A stretch of DNA of 64,000 nt from an uncultured Verrucomicrobiae bacterium. GTDB taxonomy: Bacteria > Verrucomicrobiota > Verrucomicrobiia > Chthoniobacterales > UBA10450. Below, piece by piece: positions 22,140 to 31,040 of the stretch. Each line of letters begins with the position of its first letter. Positions within the stretch are counted from its first letter, which is position 1. A program made the translations under genes and the position numbers. The stretch spans positions 64,001 through 128,000 of the forward strand of contig CAWIBO010000002.1 of NCBI GenBank assembly GCA_963834385.1, written 5' to 3'. The notes beneath the pieces were generated by a model. The model saw only the letters and a list, made by a program, of their open reading frames with translations, had not been told where the DNA came from and did no database searches.

Positions 22140-22606
22140 AAATTCATCTGCGACAGATTCCCTCCGAGGGCACACGGCTGGAAGGCGAGGAAAACTGCGC
22201 CTTCCCGGAGCTGGAAAGCGAGGGGATCCAGTGCGCCGGGCCGCTGCGCTACGCGCTCGACGTCGGCCTCACCGGGGTTGATCTCTGGGCCAACGGCAGC
22301 CTGGCCCAGCCGGTCGACCTGACCTGCGTTTCCTGTCTGGACCGGTTTGTCCATACCATCGAGGTGCCCCAGTTCGCCACCCTCGTCGAAGCCCCCGGGG
22401 CCGAGCTCGTCGACCTCACCCCGGCGGCGCGCGAGGATATTCTGCTTAACCTGCCGGCGCACCCGCGCTGCGACATTCACGGGGGGAGGGAATGCCGGGC
22501 CGCCCGCGCGCCCGCGGCCGAACCGGGGCAGGTGGAGCAGGCCAGCGCAGAAAAGCGGGAGCACGACTGGGGCGCGCTCGACAAGCTGCGCTTGAAAAAG
22601 AAGTAG
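22136..22606 (+). CDS. yceD: YceD/DUF177 family protein
   Basis: CVSCL, VDLTPAAREDILLNLPAHPRC, WGALDKL; directly upstream of rpmF. Confidence 0.88.
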   Translation: MKIHLRQIPSEGTRLEGEENCAFPELESEGIQCAGPLRYALDVGLTGVDLWANGSLAQPVDLTCVSCLDRFVHTIEVPQFATLVEAPGAELVDLTPAAREDILLNLPAHPRCDIHGGRECRAARAPAAEPGQVEQASAEKREHDWGALDKLRLKKK

Positions 22607-22681
22607 CCGGGCGGGGGGCAGGAGCGCCCCCGAAAGAGGCGGTTGTCATCCCGGAATTATCTGCTTACTTACGCCGCTTCT

Positions 22682-22861
22682 ATGGGAGTCCCAAAACGCA
22701 AAACCTCCAAGATGCGACTGCGCACCCGCCGGGCCGCCAATCGCTGGCACGCCCCGCAGCTGAACAAGTGCGCCCAGTGCGGCACCGCCATCCCGTCCCA
22801 CACCGCCTGTCCTTCCTGCGGATATTACAAGGGACGCCAGGTTCTCACGGTCGAGGCCTGA
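22682..22861 (+). CDS. rpmF: 50S ribosomal protein L32 (zinc-ribbon type)
   Basis: MGVPKRKTSK...CAQCG...HTACPSCGYYKGRQV. Confidence 0.97.
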   Translation: MGVPKRKTSKMRLRTRRAANRWHAPQLNKCAQCGTAIPSHTACPSCGYYKGRQVLTVEA

Positions 22862-22916
22862 GCCGGGCGCCCGGGCCTTTTGGATTGCGTGGGCGAAGTG
22901 TTCCCGTAATCCTGCA

Positions 22917-24182
22917 GTGAGGGAACGGGGCACCCCTGGCTCCTCCCGGCGCATGCTCTCGTCTCATCCGATTTCGGCCCCCTCTCCGGGAACGAGTGCG
23001 CCGCGGCGCTGTTCGGTCATTATCCCCGTGCACGACGGAGGCGCCGTTTTTCAACGCTGCCTCGCTTCCGTCACGGCGGCGCTTGGCCCAGCCGACGAGC
23101 TCATCGTGGTGGCCGACGGCGAAAGCGACGGCGCCTGGCGGGCAGCCCACGATTTCCCCTGTCGCGTTCTCCGGGTTCCCCGCCACTGCGGCCCGGCCGG
23201 GGCGCGCAACCAGGGGGTCGCGGAGGCGGAGGGCGAGTTCATCGTCTTCATCGACGCCGACGTCACGGTGGCGCCGGATTGTCTTGATCGAATGGTGCAA
23301 CGCTTCGCGGACGAGCCGGGCCTCGTGGCCTTGATCGGTTCCTATGATGACGCGCCCGGTGATCCCGGGTTTGTCTCGCAATACCGGAACCTCCTTCACC
23401 ATTACGTGCACCAGCGCGGCGCCACCGAGGCTTCCACCTTCTGGGGCGCCTGCGGCGCGATCCGGCGCGACATTTTCCTGGCTGCGGGCGGGTTCGACGA
23501 AAACTACGCCCGTTCCTCCATCGAGGACATCGAACTCGGATACCGTCTGCGCGCGGCCTCGCATCGCCTTCGTCTGGCCCGGGAAATTCAGGTGAAACAT
23601 TGGAAGAAATGGACTGCGTGGATGCTTTGGCGCAGCGACACCCTGGACCGTGCCATGCCCTGGACGGAACTGATCCTCGAGCAGTATACCCGGGGCCGCC
23701 GCCTGGTGGTCGCGCGCGATCTCAACCTGGGTCTCTCCTACCAGGTCAGCCTGCTCGTATCCTGGAGTTTTCTCGGTGCCCTGGCAGCCTCGCCATTCCT
23801 GCCCGCGGCCGGCTGGGCGGTGGCGCTGCTCGGCGCCCTCTTTCTCCTGCTGCACCTGCCGCTCCTTCTTTTCTTTCAACGGCGGCGCGGGATGGTCTTC
23901 GCCATCCGGGCGCTGCCGTGGCGTTTCCTTTACGACCTTTGCAGCGGTCTTGGCTTCATTTTCGGCCTGGCCCGGTTTTGCGGGAGATCCTGGAACTCGG
24001 CCCCGGTTGCCTCCGGTTCATCCGCGCCCACTGCCGGCGGTGAAGCGTTCCGCCAGATAACCGAGAGTGTTGGCGGTTTGCCAGACACCGAGCAGGAAAG
24101 CCATCCGGAGGGCGCGCGTCCGGGGCTTTTGCGCGAGCGCGCGGCGGAAACATCCGGCGTGGAACTTCCAGTCCGGCTTTAA
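22917..24182 (+). CDS. glycosyltransferase family 2 with C-terminal TM segments (start uncertain)
   Basis: SVIIPVHD, GPAGARNQG, FIDAD, GGFDE, IEDIELGYRL. Confidence 0.88.
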   Translation: MRERGTPGSSRRMLSSHPISAPSPGTSAPRRCSVIIPVHDGGAVFQRCLASVTAALGPADELIVVADGESDGAWRAAHDFPCRVLRVPRHCGPAGARNQGVAEAEGEFIVFIDADVTVAPDCLDRMVQRFADEPGLVALIGSYDDAPGDPGFVSQYRNLLHHYVHQRGATEASTFWGACGAIRRDIFLAAGGFDENYARSSIEDIELGYRLRAASHRLRLAREIQVKHWKKWTAWMLWRSDTLDRAMPWTELILEQYTRGRRLVVARDLNLGLSYQVSLLVSWSFLGALAASPFLPAAGWAVALLGALFLLLHLPLLLFFQRRRGMVFAIRALPWRFLYDLCSGLGFIFGLARFCGRSWNSAPVASGSSAPTAGGEAFRQITESVGGLPDTEQESHPEGARPGLLRERAAETSGVELPVRL

Positions 24183-24911
24183 AGCTGCCGGCTGGCCGAT
24201 CCGGCCCCGGCCTTCGTGATAATCGTAGGCGCCCTGGCCGTAGGTGAAATGCAGGCGACAGAAAGACGCGAAATTTAGATCGTGGTAATGGCGCACCACG
24301 GCCTCGGGAGCATAGGCGATCTCGCGGCCGCCGTTCAGCCACCGCCGGCAGAGCTCCCGGTCCTCCGCGGCGGCCCGGGGCCAATGCAGGGAAAATCCCC
24401 CGGCTTCCCGCAACTCCGCCGCCGCGACTGCCATGTTGCTGCTCGGGTAGAAATGCGCCCGGCCCTGGGCCGGATCGTAATAGGCGCAGACCGAGTCCAG
24501 GATGAGGTGACAGGTCGCCGCATAGGGGTTCTCCTCCAGGCCATTGATGGTTCGGCCGCCAAAAAGCGTGTGCGGACGGTCGGCCAGGCGGCTTTCCAGT
24601 CGGCGCAGCCAGTCGGTCGCCGGACGGCAATCATCGTCGGTGAAGGCAAGATACTCCCCCCGGGCCCGCGCAATCCCGAGATTGCGCGCCGCCGCCGGCC
24701 CGGACGGCGACTGGCGCAGGAGCGAGAGATCAAGCTGCGCCCGAAAAGGATTCGTCACCGCGTCGAGCGCATGCGCACTGCCATCGTCGACCACCAGCAC
24801 TTCGAAGCGGTCGCGCGGGTAATCCAAAGCGGCGATCGCCTGGAGACAGGCCCCCAGCGCGACCGGCCGGTTGCGGGTTGGAATAATGACGGAGAATTGC
24901 AGCGGGGACAC
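24018..24911 (-). CDS. glycosyltransferase family 2
   Basis: SVIIPTRNR, VVDDGS, GPAAARNLG, FTDDDC, AEDRELC. Confidence 0.9.
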   Translation of the reverse strand: MSPLQFSVIIPTRNRPVALGACLQAIAALDYPRDRFEVLVVDDGSAHALDAVTNPFRAQLDLSLLRQSPSGPAAARNLGIARARGEYLAFTDDDCRPATDWLRRLESRLADRPHTLFGGRTINGLEENPYAATCHLILDSVCAYYDPAQGRAHFYPSSNMAVAAAELREAGGFSLHWPRAAAEDRELCRRWLNGGREIAYAPEAVVRHYHDLNFASFCRLHFTYGQGAYDYHEGRGRIGQPAALKPDWKFHAGCFRRALAQKPRTRALRMAFLLGVWQTANTLGYLAERFTAGSGRG

Positions 24912-24973
24912 GCGGATGTTGTTCGGTCGTTGCTTCTCTTCACTTTGGCCGTTAGGAGAGTCAACCAGAAGTC

Positions 24974-26029
24974 ATGAGCGCGATTGCCTTGGGAATTATC
25001 GGGTGCGGCCGGGCCGCGCGGGAACTGCACCTGCCGGCGCTGCGAACATTGCCCGAGGATTGGAAGGTGGCGGCCCTGGCCGATCTGGAGGCGCCGAGCC
25101 TTGACGCGCTGGGGAAGACCTGTCCGGGGGCCCGCCGCTACCGGCAGCCGGAGGAACTCCTGGCCGACCCGGCGGTGACGGCGGCCCTCATCTGCACGCC
25201 GGCGGCCACGCATGCCGCCCTCGCCCTGGCCGCGCTCGCCGCGGGCAAGCATGTCCTCGTGGAAAAGCCGCTCGCGCCTTCACTGGCAGAGGGCGAAGAG
25301 ATGGCCGCTGCCGCCGCTTCGTCTTCACGACTGGTCACCGCGGCCGGATTCAACCAGCGCTGTCACCGCCTGGTGCGGCGGGCGCGCCCGCTCGTCGCCT
25401 CGGGGGCGCTCGGCGAGATCCATCATCTGAATTTTCTATGGAGTTCGCCGATGCAACACGCCCCCAATTTCCCGGCCTGGCGGCACCGGGCGGCCACGGG
25501 CGGTGGTGCGCTGCTCGAGATTGGTTCGCACCAGCTCGATCTTGCCCGTTTCCTCCTCGAGGACGAGTTCAGCGAAATCCAGATGCTGGAACGTTCCGGC
25601 CGATATGAGCAGGAGAGTGTCGGCCTCCTTGGACGCAGCCGGAAAGGCGTTCTCGTCTCGTGCACGCTCACCCAGACGAGCGCGTTCGCCAATGAAGTGC
25701 GAATCCTGGGCGATCGCGCGTCCGTTTCCTTCTCGCTTTTCCGCGCGGAGAGTTTTCGTTTCGCGCCGGTGAGCCTTCATCCGGGCGGCTGGCGCTCGCG
25801 CCTGCCGTCACGGTCGTTTCTGCGCGAGCTGCCGGAGCTGGTTCGCATCGCCCGGGCGGGCGGCGATTTCTTCCTTTCCTATCGCGCGCAATGGCAGGCC
25901 TTCGCCGGGGCCATCCGGTCCGGGACGCCTCCGGCGGCCTCGTGGACGGACGGTCTGGCCGCGCTCCGGGCGGCTGATGCCGCCCTCAACTCGGCGGGCA
26001 CCGGCGCCTCTGTTCGAGTCAGCAACTGA
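24974..26029 (+). CDS. Gfo/Idh/MocA family NAD(P)-dependent oxidoreductase
   Basis: GIIGCG, GKHVLVEKPLA, GGGALLEIGSHQLD. Confidence 0.92.
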   Translation: MSAIALGIIGCGRAARELHLPALRTLPEDWKVAALADLEAPSLDALGKTCPGARRYRQPEELLADPAVTAALICTPAATHAALALAALAAGKHVLVEKPLAPSLAEGEEMAAAAASSSRLVTAAGFNQRCHRLVRRARPLVASGALGEIHHLNFLWSSPMQHAPNFPAWRHRAATGGGALLEIGSHQLDLARFLLEDEFSEIQMLERSGRYEQESVGLLGRSRKGVLVSCTLTQTSAFANEVRILGDRASVSFSLFRAESFRFAPVSLHPGGWRSRLPSRSFLRELPELVRIARAGGDFFLSYRAQWQAFAGAIRSGTPPAASWTDGLAALRAADAALNSAGTGASVRVSN

Positions 26030-26033
26030 CCGG

Positions 26034-27008
26034 ATGAACGAGGTGAATGACGGGCCGGCTTTGTCGGTCATCCTGGCCACCTCCGGCCGCTTCGCGAACA
26101 TCGCCGCGACAGTTCATCACCTGGCCCGGCAAACGGTGGCCGCGCGAATCGAATTGGTTGTGCTCGCCCCCGATGTCTCGGATTTCGGGCTGCCGCCCGA
26201 AGTGCGAGCGGCGTTTCACGGTGCGCAGTTGCTTGGTCTTGGGCGGCTCACCAACGTGGCACACGCCAACGCCGCCGGGGTGCGCCACGCAACCGCGCCG
26301 GTGGTCGTCTTTGCGGAGGATCACGCTTATCCCGAGCCGGAGTGGGCGGAGGCTTTGCTCGCGCGACACGACGAAGGATGGGCCGTGGTCGGGCCGGTGG
26401 TGCGAAACGGCAACCCCGGGACGACGGCCAGCTGGGCGGATTATATCCCCGGCTATGGTCTCTGGCCTTTCGGTTGCCGCGGCGGCCCCGTCTCCCTGTT
26501 GCCGGGTCATAACAGCAGCTACAAACGCGTTCTTCTTTTGGCCGAAGGAGAGAAGCTCGAGGAGAAGCTGGAGGCCGAGGCGGCTTTCCACGAGGAACTG
26601 GCCGCGCGCGGGGAGGGACTTTTTCTTGAAGATCGCGCGGTCATTTCGCATCTGAGTTTTGCCAGTTGGCGCCCCCTGCTCACCGCTCAGTTCCATCATG
26701 CCCGCCTCTACGCGGCCCGTCGCCGCGAACGCTGGAACGCGTGGCGGGCCCGCGGCTATGCGCTCGGTTCGTTTATCCTTCCGTTCCTCCGGCTGGCGCG
26801 ACTCCTCAGAAAAAATGTTTCCTTCCCCGCGCGACCGTCGCGCACGCGCATCATCGCCGGAATTTTTCTTACTCTGACGGTGGACGCGGCCGGTCAGGCA
26901 GTCGGTTATCTCACCGGGCCGGGACACGCCGTCGAACACCTGACCGGTTACGAGTATGATCGGGGACGCTACGACGAAGGGACGGGCCGGCCGGCGGCCT
27001 TTTCCTGA
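26034..27008 (+). CDS. GT2-like glycosyltransferase (EDH in place of DxD)
   Basis: LSVILAT, ANAAGVRHATAPVVVFAEDHA, GHNSSYKR. Confidence 0.8.
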   Translation: MNEVNDGPALSVILATSGRFANIAATVHHLARQTVAARIELVVLAPDVSDFGLPPEVRAAFHGAQLLGLGRLTNVAHANAAGVRHATAPVVVFAEDHAYPEPEWAEALLARHDEGWAVVGPVVRNGNPGTTASWADYIPGYGLWPFGCRGGPVSLLPGHNSSYKRVLLLAEGEKLEEKLEAEAAFHEELAARGEGLFLEDRAVISHLSFASWRPLLTAQFHHARLYAARRRERWNAWRARGYALGSFILPFLRLARLLRKNVSFPARPSRTRIIAGIFLTLTVDAAGQAVGYLTGPGHAVEHLTGYEYDRGRYDEGTGRPAAFS

Positions 27009-28183
27009 ACAGCGGCGGCCAGGTGGCGCCGCATGGCGTCGGCGTGGTTTTCTGCGCTGAACCGGGCCTTGGCGCGTTCGATGGATTCGGGGGGCAGGCT
27101 GCCGTTGGGGAAAAGTCCGCCCGCAGCGACGGTGCGCAATTTTTCCCAGAGCGCGTGCTCCTCGTTGGGTGGAACGAGCAGACCGTTCACGCCTTCCTCG
27201 ATGATTTCCGGCAGACCGCCGGCGGCGCTGGCGATTACCGGCACGCCATGCACGATGGCTTCGGCGGCGACGAGGCCGAAGGGCTCGGGCCAGAGTGAGG
27301 GAACGACGGAAGCCCAGGCCGTTTCCAGTTCCCTCGCCACGGCGTCGGGTTCGAGCCAGCCGCAAAAATGCGCCGCCTCCGCCAGGCCGAGCCGGCTCGC
27401 CTCCGCCTCCAGCGCCGGACGAAGGGGTCCGCGCCCGACCAGACGGAGGGTGGCGGCGGGAAACTGGTGGCGCAATCTCGCGAAGGCACGCAAAAGGAGT
27501 CCGGCGCCCTTCTCGCGATCAAAGCGGCCGCAGAAGAGAAATTGGGGCGTGGCGCTGGGGCGCCGGCGGAAGCCCGGCCCGGGAGAACGCACCGGGAGAA
27601 GGATTGTCTCCGCGTGCAGGTCGTGCCGGGCCAGTTCCTGCCGGACCCAATCGCTGCAGGCCACGATGCGGGTCACACTCTTGATTGCCCGCCGAATCAG
27701 CGCGTAGCGCGGCTGCTCCCGCAGCCAGTGCGGCGCGCTGAGGCATCCGGTGCGCCAGCAGACCAGCCCGGGCGGCGTCCGGCAATGGCCGTTATCCGGA
27801 AGCAGCTTGGTCCCCAGCGGACAGATGCACTTGTAATCGGAGACGAGCAGGACCGTGGGGAGATGGGCCAGGCCGCGCACGATGGCGGGCGAAAGATGGT
27901 GCGCGAACATGTTGATAAGAGCGGCGTCGGGCTGGAAGTCGGCGAGCGCCCTCCGGAGCGTCGTTGCGGCAAATGGATTGTGAACTTGAAGAACCGTTTG
28001 CGCGGCGAGCAGGCTGGTTCCGAAAGCCTGATACTCGGCCGTGCCATCACCAGCGGTGCCGGCGGTGCTCGTCAGCAGCCGAACGTCCTCCCCCCGCGCG
28101 CGCAGGGTGTCGCGCAGGAGCGCCAGGTAGTTCTCGGCCCCTCCCTGCCCGCGGTTCCAGTCGGTCACGAGGAGAATTTTCAT
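26969..28183 (-). CDS. glycosyltransferase family 4
   Basis: GGAE, GRFDREKG, PSLWPEPFGLVAAEA, GGLPEII. Confidence 0.92.
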   Translation of the reverse strand: MKILLVTDWNRGQGGAENYLALLRDTLRARGEDVRLLTSTAGTAGDGTAEYQAFGTSLLAAQTVLQVHNPFAATTLRRALADFQPDAALINMFAHHLSPAIVRGLAHLPTVLLVSDYKCICPLGTKLLPDNGHCRTPPGLVCWRTGCLSAPHWLREQPRYALIRRAIKSVTRIVACSDWVRQELARHDLHAETILLPVRSPGPGFRRRPSATPQFLFCGRFDREKGAGLLLRAFARLRHQFPAATLRLVGRGPLRPALEAEASRLGLAEAAHFCGWLEPDAVARELETAWASVVPSLWPEPFGLVAAEAIVHGVPVIASAAGGLPEIIEEGVNGLLVPPNEEHALWEKLRTVAAGGLFPNGSLPPESIERAKARFSAENHADAMRRHLAAAVQEKAAGRPVPSS

Positions 28184-28211
28184 CGTGCGCCCTCGCGCCA
28201 GGAGACCGGGC

Positions 28212-29165
28212 TCATTTTATGAAGTCGACTTTGCGCAGTTCGTAGTGGTCCAGCATCTCTCCCTCACGCCGGCCGGAGAGGCCGAGCAGCCCAACGAATT
28301 CGCCCGCGCCTTTCGCCGTGAGCAGGGCGACCACCATCGGAAGCGCCAGTGGGTTGATTCGGTGTTTTCGCATAAATTTCCACGCGGTCGGCAGGACACG
28401 CCGGCCGAGGACAACGGGAATGAGGGGGGCGCCGCCGGCGTAAAGCAGGCGCCGCCAGGCCGGCCACCGGCTCGCTCGCTGGCTTCCGATCTGTGTGCCC
28501 GCGAGGTAGCTCTCGAGGAGACTGTGTGGCGGGCGGCTGATGTTCAGGTGAGCGATGCGCGCTTCCGGGACGAAGAGCGCGCGCGCGCCTTTTTGCTGCA
28601 GAGCAATCCGGAGTTCGTCTCCATGGGAAAAAAGGCGGGCGAGATCGCCGGGCAGGGCGAGGAGAACATCCCGGCGGTAGAGCGCGTTATAAAGCGGGGT
28701 ATCCGCGATCTCCCGGCCCGGTTCGTCGGCGTTCCACCGCGCGTAATCGGCCAGAAATCCGGCCCAACTGGCGGCGCGGCCCGGGTTCGCGTTGGCAAAG
28801 CCCGGCACGACCGCGGTCCACGGTCCGGAGCGCACCGCGGCCAGCATGATGGCCACGGCTTCCGGTTCCAGGAAACTGTGGGTTTCACCAATGAAAATGC
28901 AGGGGGCGCTTGCGGCCCGGACCCCGGCGGCGCGCGCCGCCCCGAGAGGCGAAAGCGAAGGCACCTCCAGCGTCCGCCACGCGGCGAAAGCGTCCCGCAC
29001 CCGGGCCGCGGGAGAGAAATCGGCATCGGGGGGATGGACCAGGAGAACTTCGAGACGGCGCGCCATGGTCTGCCGCCGCAGGCGCTCCACCACCGGCTGA
29101 ATCGTTTCCCACGTGTCGGTGGGCAGAATGATGGAGAGTTCCGGGCCCTGGGTCTCGTCAGACAT
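28212..29165 (-). CDS. GT2-like glycosyltransferase (ETH in place of DxD)
   Basis: LSIILPTD, ARAAGVRAASAPCIFIGETHS; paralogous to the neighbouring gene; alternative start at 29207. Confidence 0.8.
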   Translation of the reverse strand: MSDETQGPELSIILPTDTWETIQPVVERLRRQTMARRLEVLLVHPPDADFSPAARVRDAFAAWRTLEVPSLSPLGAARAAGVRAASAPCIFIGETHSFLEPEAVAIMLAAVRSGPWTAVVPGFANANPGRAASWAGFLADYARWNADEPGREIADTPLYNALYRRDVLLALPGDLARLFSHGDELRIALQQKGARALFVPEARIAHLNISRPPHSLLESYLAGTQIGSQRASRWPAWRRLLYAGGAPLIPVVLGRRVLPTAWKFMRKHRINPLALPMVVALLTAKGAGEFVGLLGLSGRREGEMLDHYELRKVDFIK

Positions 29166-30108
29166 AATCGGTGCGGCGAATCTCGTAACGGGAGAGACGG
29201 TGTTCATGGCCGGCGGCGCTCAGGCCCAGGTAACCGAGGAGTTCTCCAAAGGCTCGGATGAGAAAGACGAGGAAGACGAACAACGTGACCCCCGCCGGCA
29301 TTCTTTCTTTTCGCCCCGTGCTCCGTAAACCCCGCCAGGCGCGGGCGGTGAGCAGGAACGGGATCAGCGGGCTGGCCGCGACAAGAAAGAGACGCCGGCC
29401 GACGCTCCACCGGCGCGCCCGTCGCCAGCCAATGGTAAACCCGAGCAGGAAATGCTCGTCAATCCATGCGCCCGGCGCCTGGATATTAAGGTGGTCGATG
29501 CCGGCGCGCGGTTCGAAAAAGATTCGGTGTCCGTTGCGCCGGATTGTCTCCCGCAGCACTTCGCCCTCGCTTAACGCGTTCTCGAGCTCCGGGCCCAGCT
29601 CCGCGAAGACCTCCCGCCGATACACGACGTCATAGACCGGCGCCCCCGCGATCTCGCCGGCTGGCAGGACCCGGCTCCATCCGCCGTAGGCGGCCAGGAA
29701 GGCGGACCAGCTCAGAATCGTTCCCGGATTAGCGTTTTCGAAGCCGGGGGTCGCCATTGACCACGGACCTTCCTTCACTTTCGCGACAAGAATTTCGGCC
29801 GCGTCTGCGTGCAGGAAACTGTGGGTTTCCCCGAGGAAAATAAACGGCGCGCGCGCCGCTTGAATCCCCGCGGCTCGCGCATGGGCGAGGGGAACAAGTG
29901 TGGTGACCTCAACCACCCGGAGGTCGCCAAATTTGTCGCGAAAGGAAAGCGCGCCTTCAGTCGCCGCCCGGTCGGGGGTGGTGACGATCACTTCAATCTC
30001 ACCGGCCATGGTCTGTTCCGTCAGCCGGGAGAGGACCGGCGCAATGGTCTCAAAGTCATCGGTCGGCAGGACGACAGAGAGGGTGGGACTGAAAGGATCT
30101 GAGTTCAT
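29158..30108 (-). CDS. GT2-like glycosyltransferase (ETH in place of DxD)
   Basis: LSVVLPTD, ARAAGIQAARAPFIFLGETHS; ATG 30108 overlaps the upstream stop (ATGA). Confidence 0.8.
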   Translation of the reverse strand: MNSDPFSPTLSVVLPTDDFETIAPVLSRLTEQTMAGEIEVIVTTPDRAATEGALSFRDKFGDLRVVEVTTLVPLAHARAAGIQAARAPFIFLGETHSFLHADAAEILVAKVKEGPWSMATPGFENANPGTILSWSAFLAAYGGWSRVLPAGEIAGAPVYDVVYRREVFAELGPELENALSEGEVLRETIRRNGHRIFFEPRAGIDHLNIQAPGAWIDEHFLLGFTIGWRRARRWSVGRRLFLVAASPLIPFLLTARAWRGLRSTGRKERMPAGVTLFVFLVFLIRAFGELLGYLGLSAAGHEHRLSRYEIRRTDYV

Positions 30109-31040
30109 CTCCGCGGCGTCCGGCGTGACCACCATCGCACAAATCGGAGGTGGAGCCGTTCCAGCGGGGCCAGGTAGCGCCGGAAACGCCATGATTCGTA
30201 GAAGGCCAGCGCCCGGTGCCGCAGCGTCCCGGGCGGCCGCGTCCCGCGCCAGGCTGTCTGGTCCAGCCAGTCCCGGTATTCCTCCTGGTATCGTCCCGGC
30301 CCACCATATAACCACGGCTTGAGCGCCCCGGTGAAATGGACCACCGCCGGCGCGAACTTCTCATCCGCGCCCGCTTGTCGTTCTGCCGCCGGGGTCCAGT
30401 TCCAGCGCGACTCCATGCGTTTCCAGCGGCCGCAAAGAACCGCGTTCAGCGCTTCCTGGTCCCAAAAATAAACTCGTTGCGAAAAACGTTCGAGATAGGC
30501 GAGGGCACGCTGCTCGACTTCTTCGCGGCGCCACAAGGGAAGATCGATCAGCATAAGGCCGGCGTTGAAATACGGCCGTTGTGCAGGCAGCCCGAGCTCC
30601 CGGAAACCGGCCACGCCGAAGGGCGACCCGACAGAGGGGACCAGAAAATCCTGCGCCGCGCAGAGGACGTGCTGCGCGAGATCAACCTGCCAGAGCGGTT
30701 CCAGGTCGGCCCGCACGAGCATGTCGCCATCGAGCCAGAGAACGCGCTCCACCGGCGGGGGCAGCCACCGTGCCAGGGTCAGCTTGTGGTAGGTGGTTGT
30801 GCTCATCCGGCCCCAGTGCGGCAGGCGCTTGAACTCGTCCCGCGGACGCGTGATCCAATTCACCGAAACAGGGAGCGACGCCGCAATCTTGCTCCTCGTG
30901 GCCGGGTCAATTTCATCGTCCACCACGTGGAGCTCCGCCTTCGTTCCGGGAGCGAGATGACCAAGAGCGCTCCGGAGCATCACCGCCAGAGGCAGCGCGT
31001 AATTTTCGTCGGCCGCGGCCGCAATCGTAATCGTGCTCAT
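30105..31040 (-). CDS. glycosyltransferase family 8
   Basis: ADENYA, RVLWLDGD, YFNAGLMLIDL, DQEALN, VVHFTGALKPW. Confidence 0.93.
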   Translation of the reverse strand: MSTITIAAAADENYALPLAVMLRSALGHLAPGTKAELHVVDDEIDPATRSKIAASLPVSVNWITRPRDEFKRLPHWGRMSTTTYHKLTLARWLPPPVERVLWLDGDMLVRADLEPLWQVDLAQHVLCAAQDFLVPSVGSPFGVAGFRELGLPAQRPYFNAGLMLIDLPLWRREEVEQRALAYLERFSQRVYFWDQEALNAVLCGRWKRMESRWNWTPAAERQAGADEKFAPAVVHFTGALKPWLYGGPGRYQEEYRDWLDQTAWRGTRPPGTLRHRALAFYESWRFRRYLAPLERLHLRFVRWWSRRTPRR

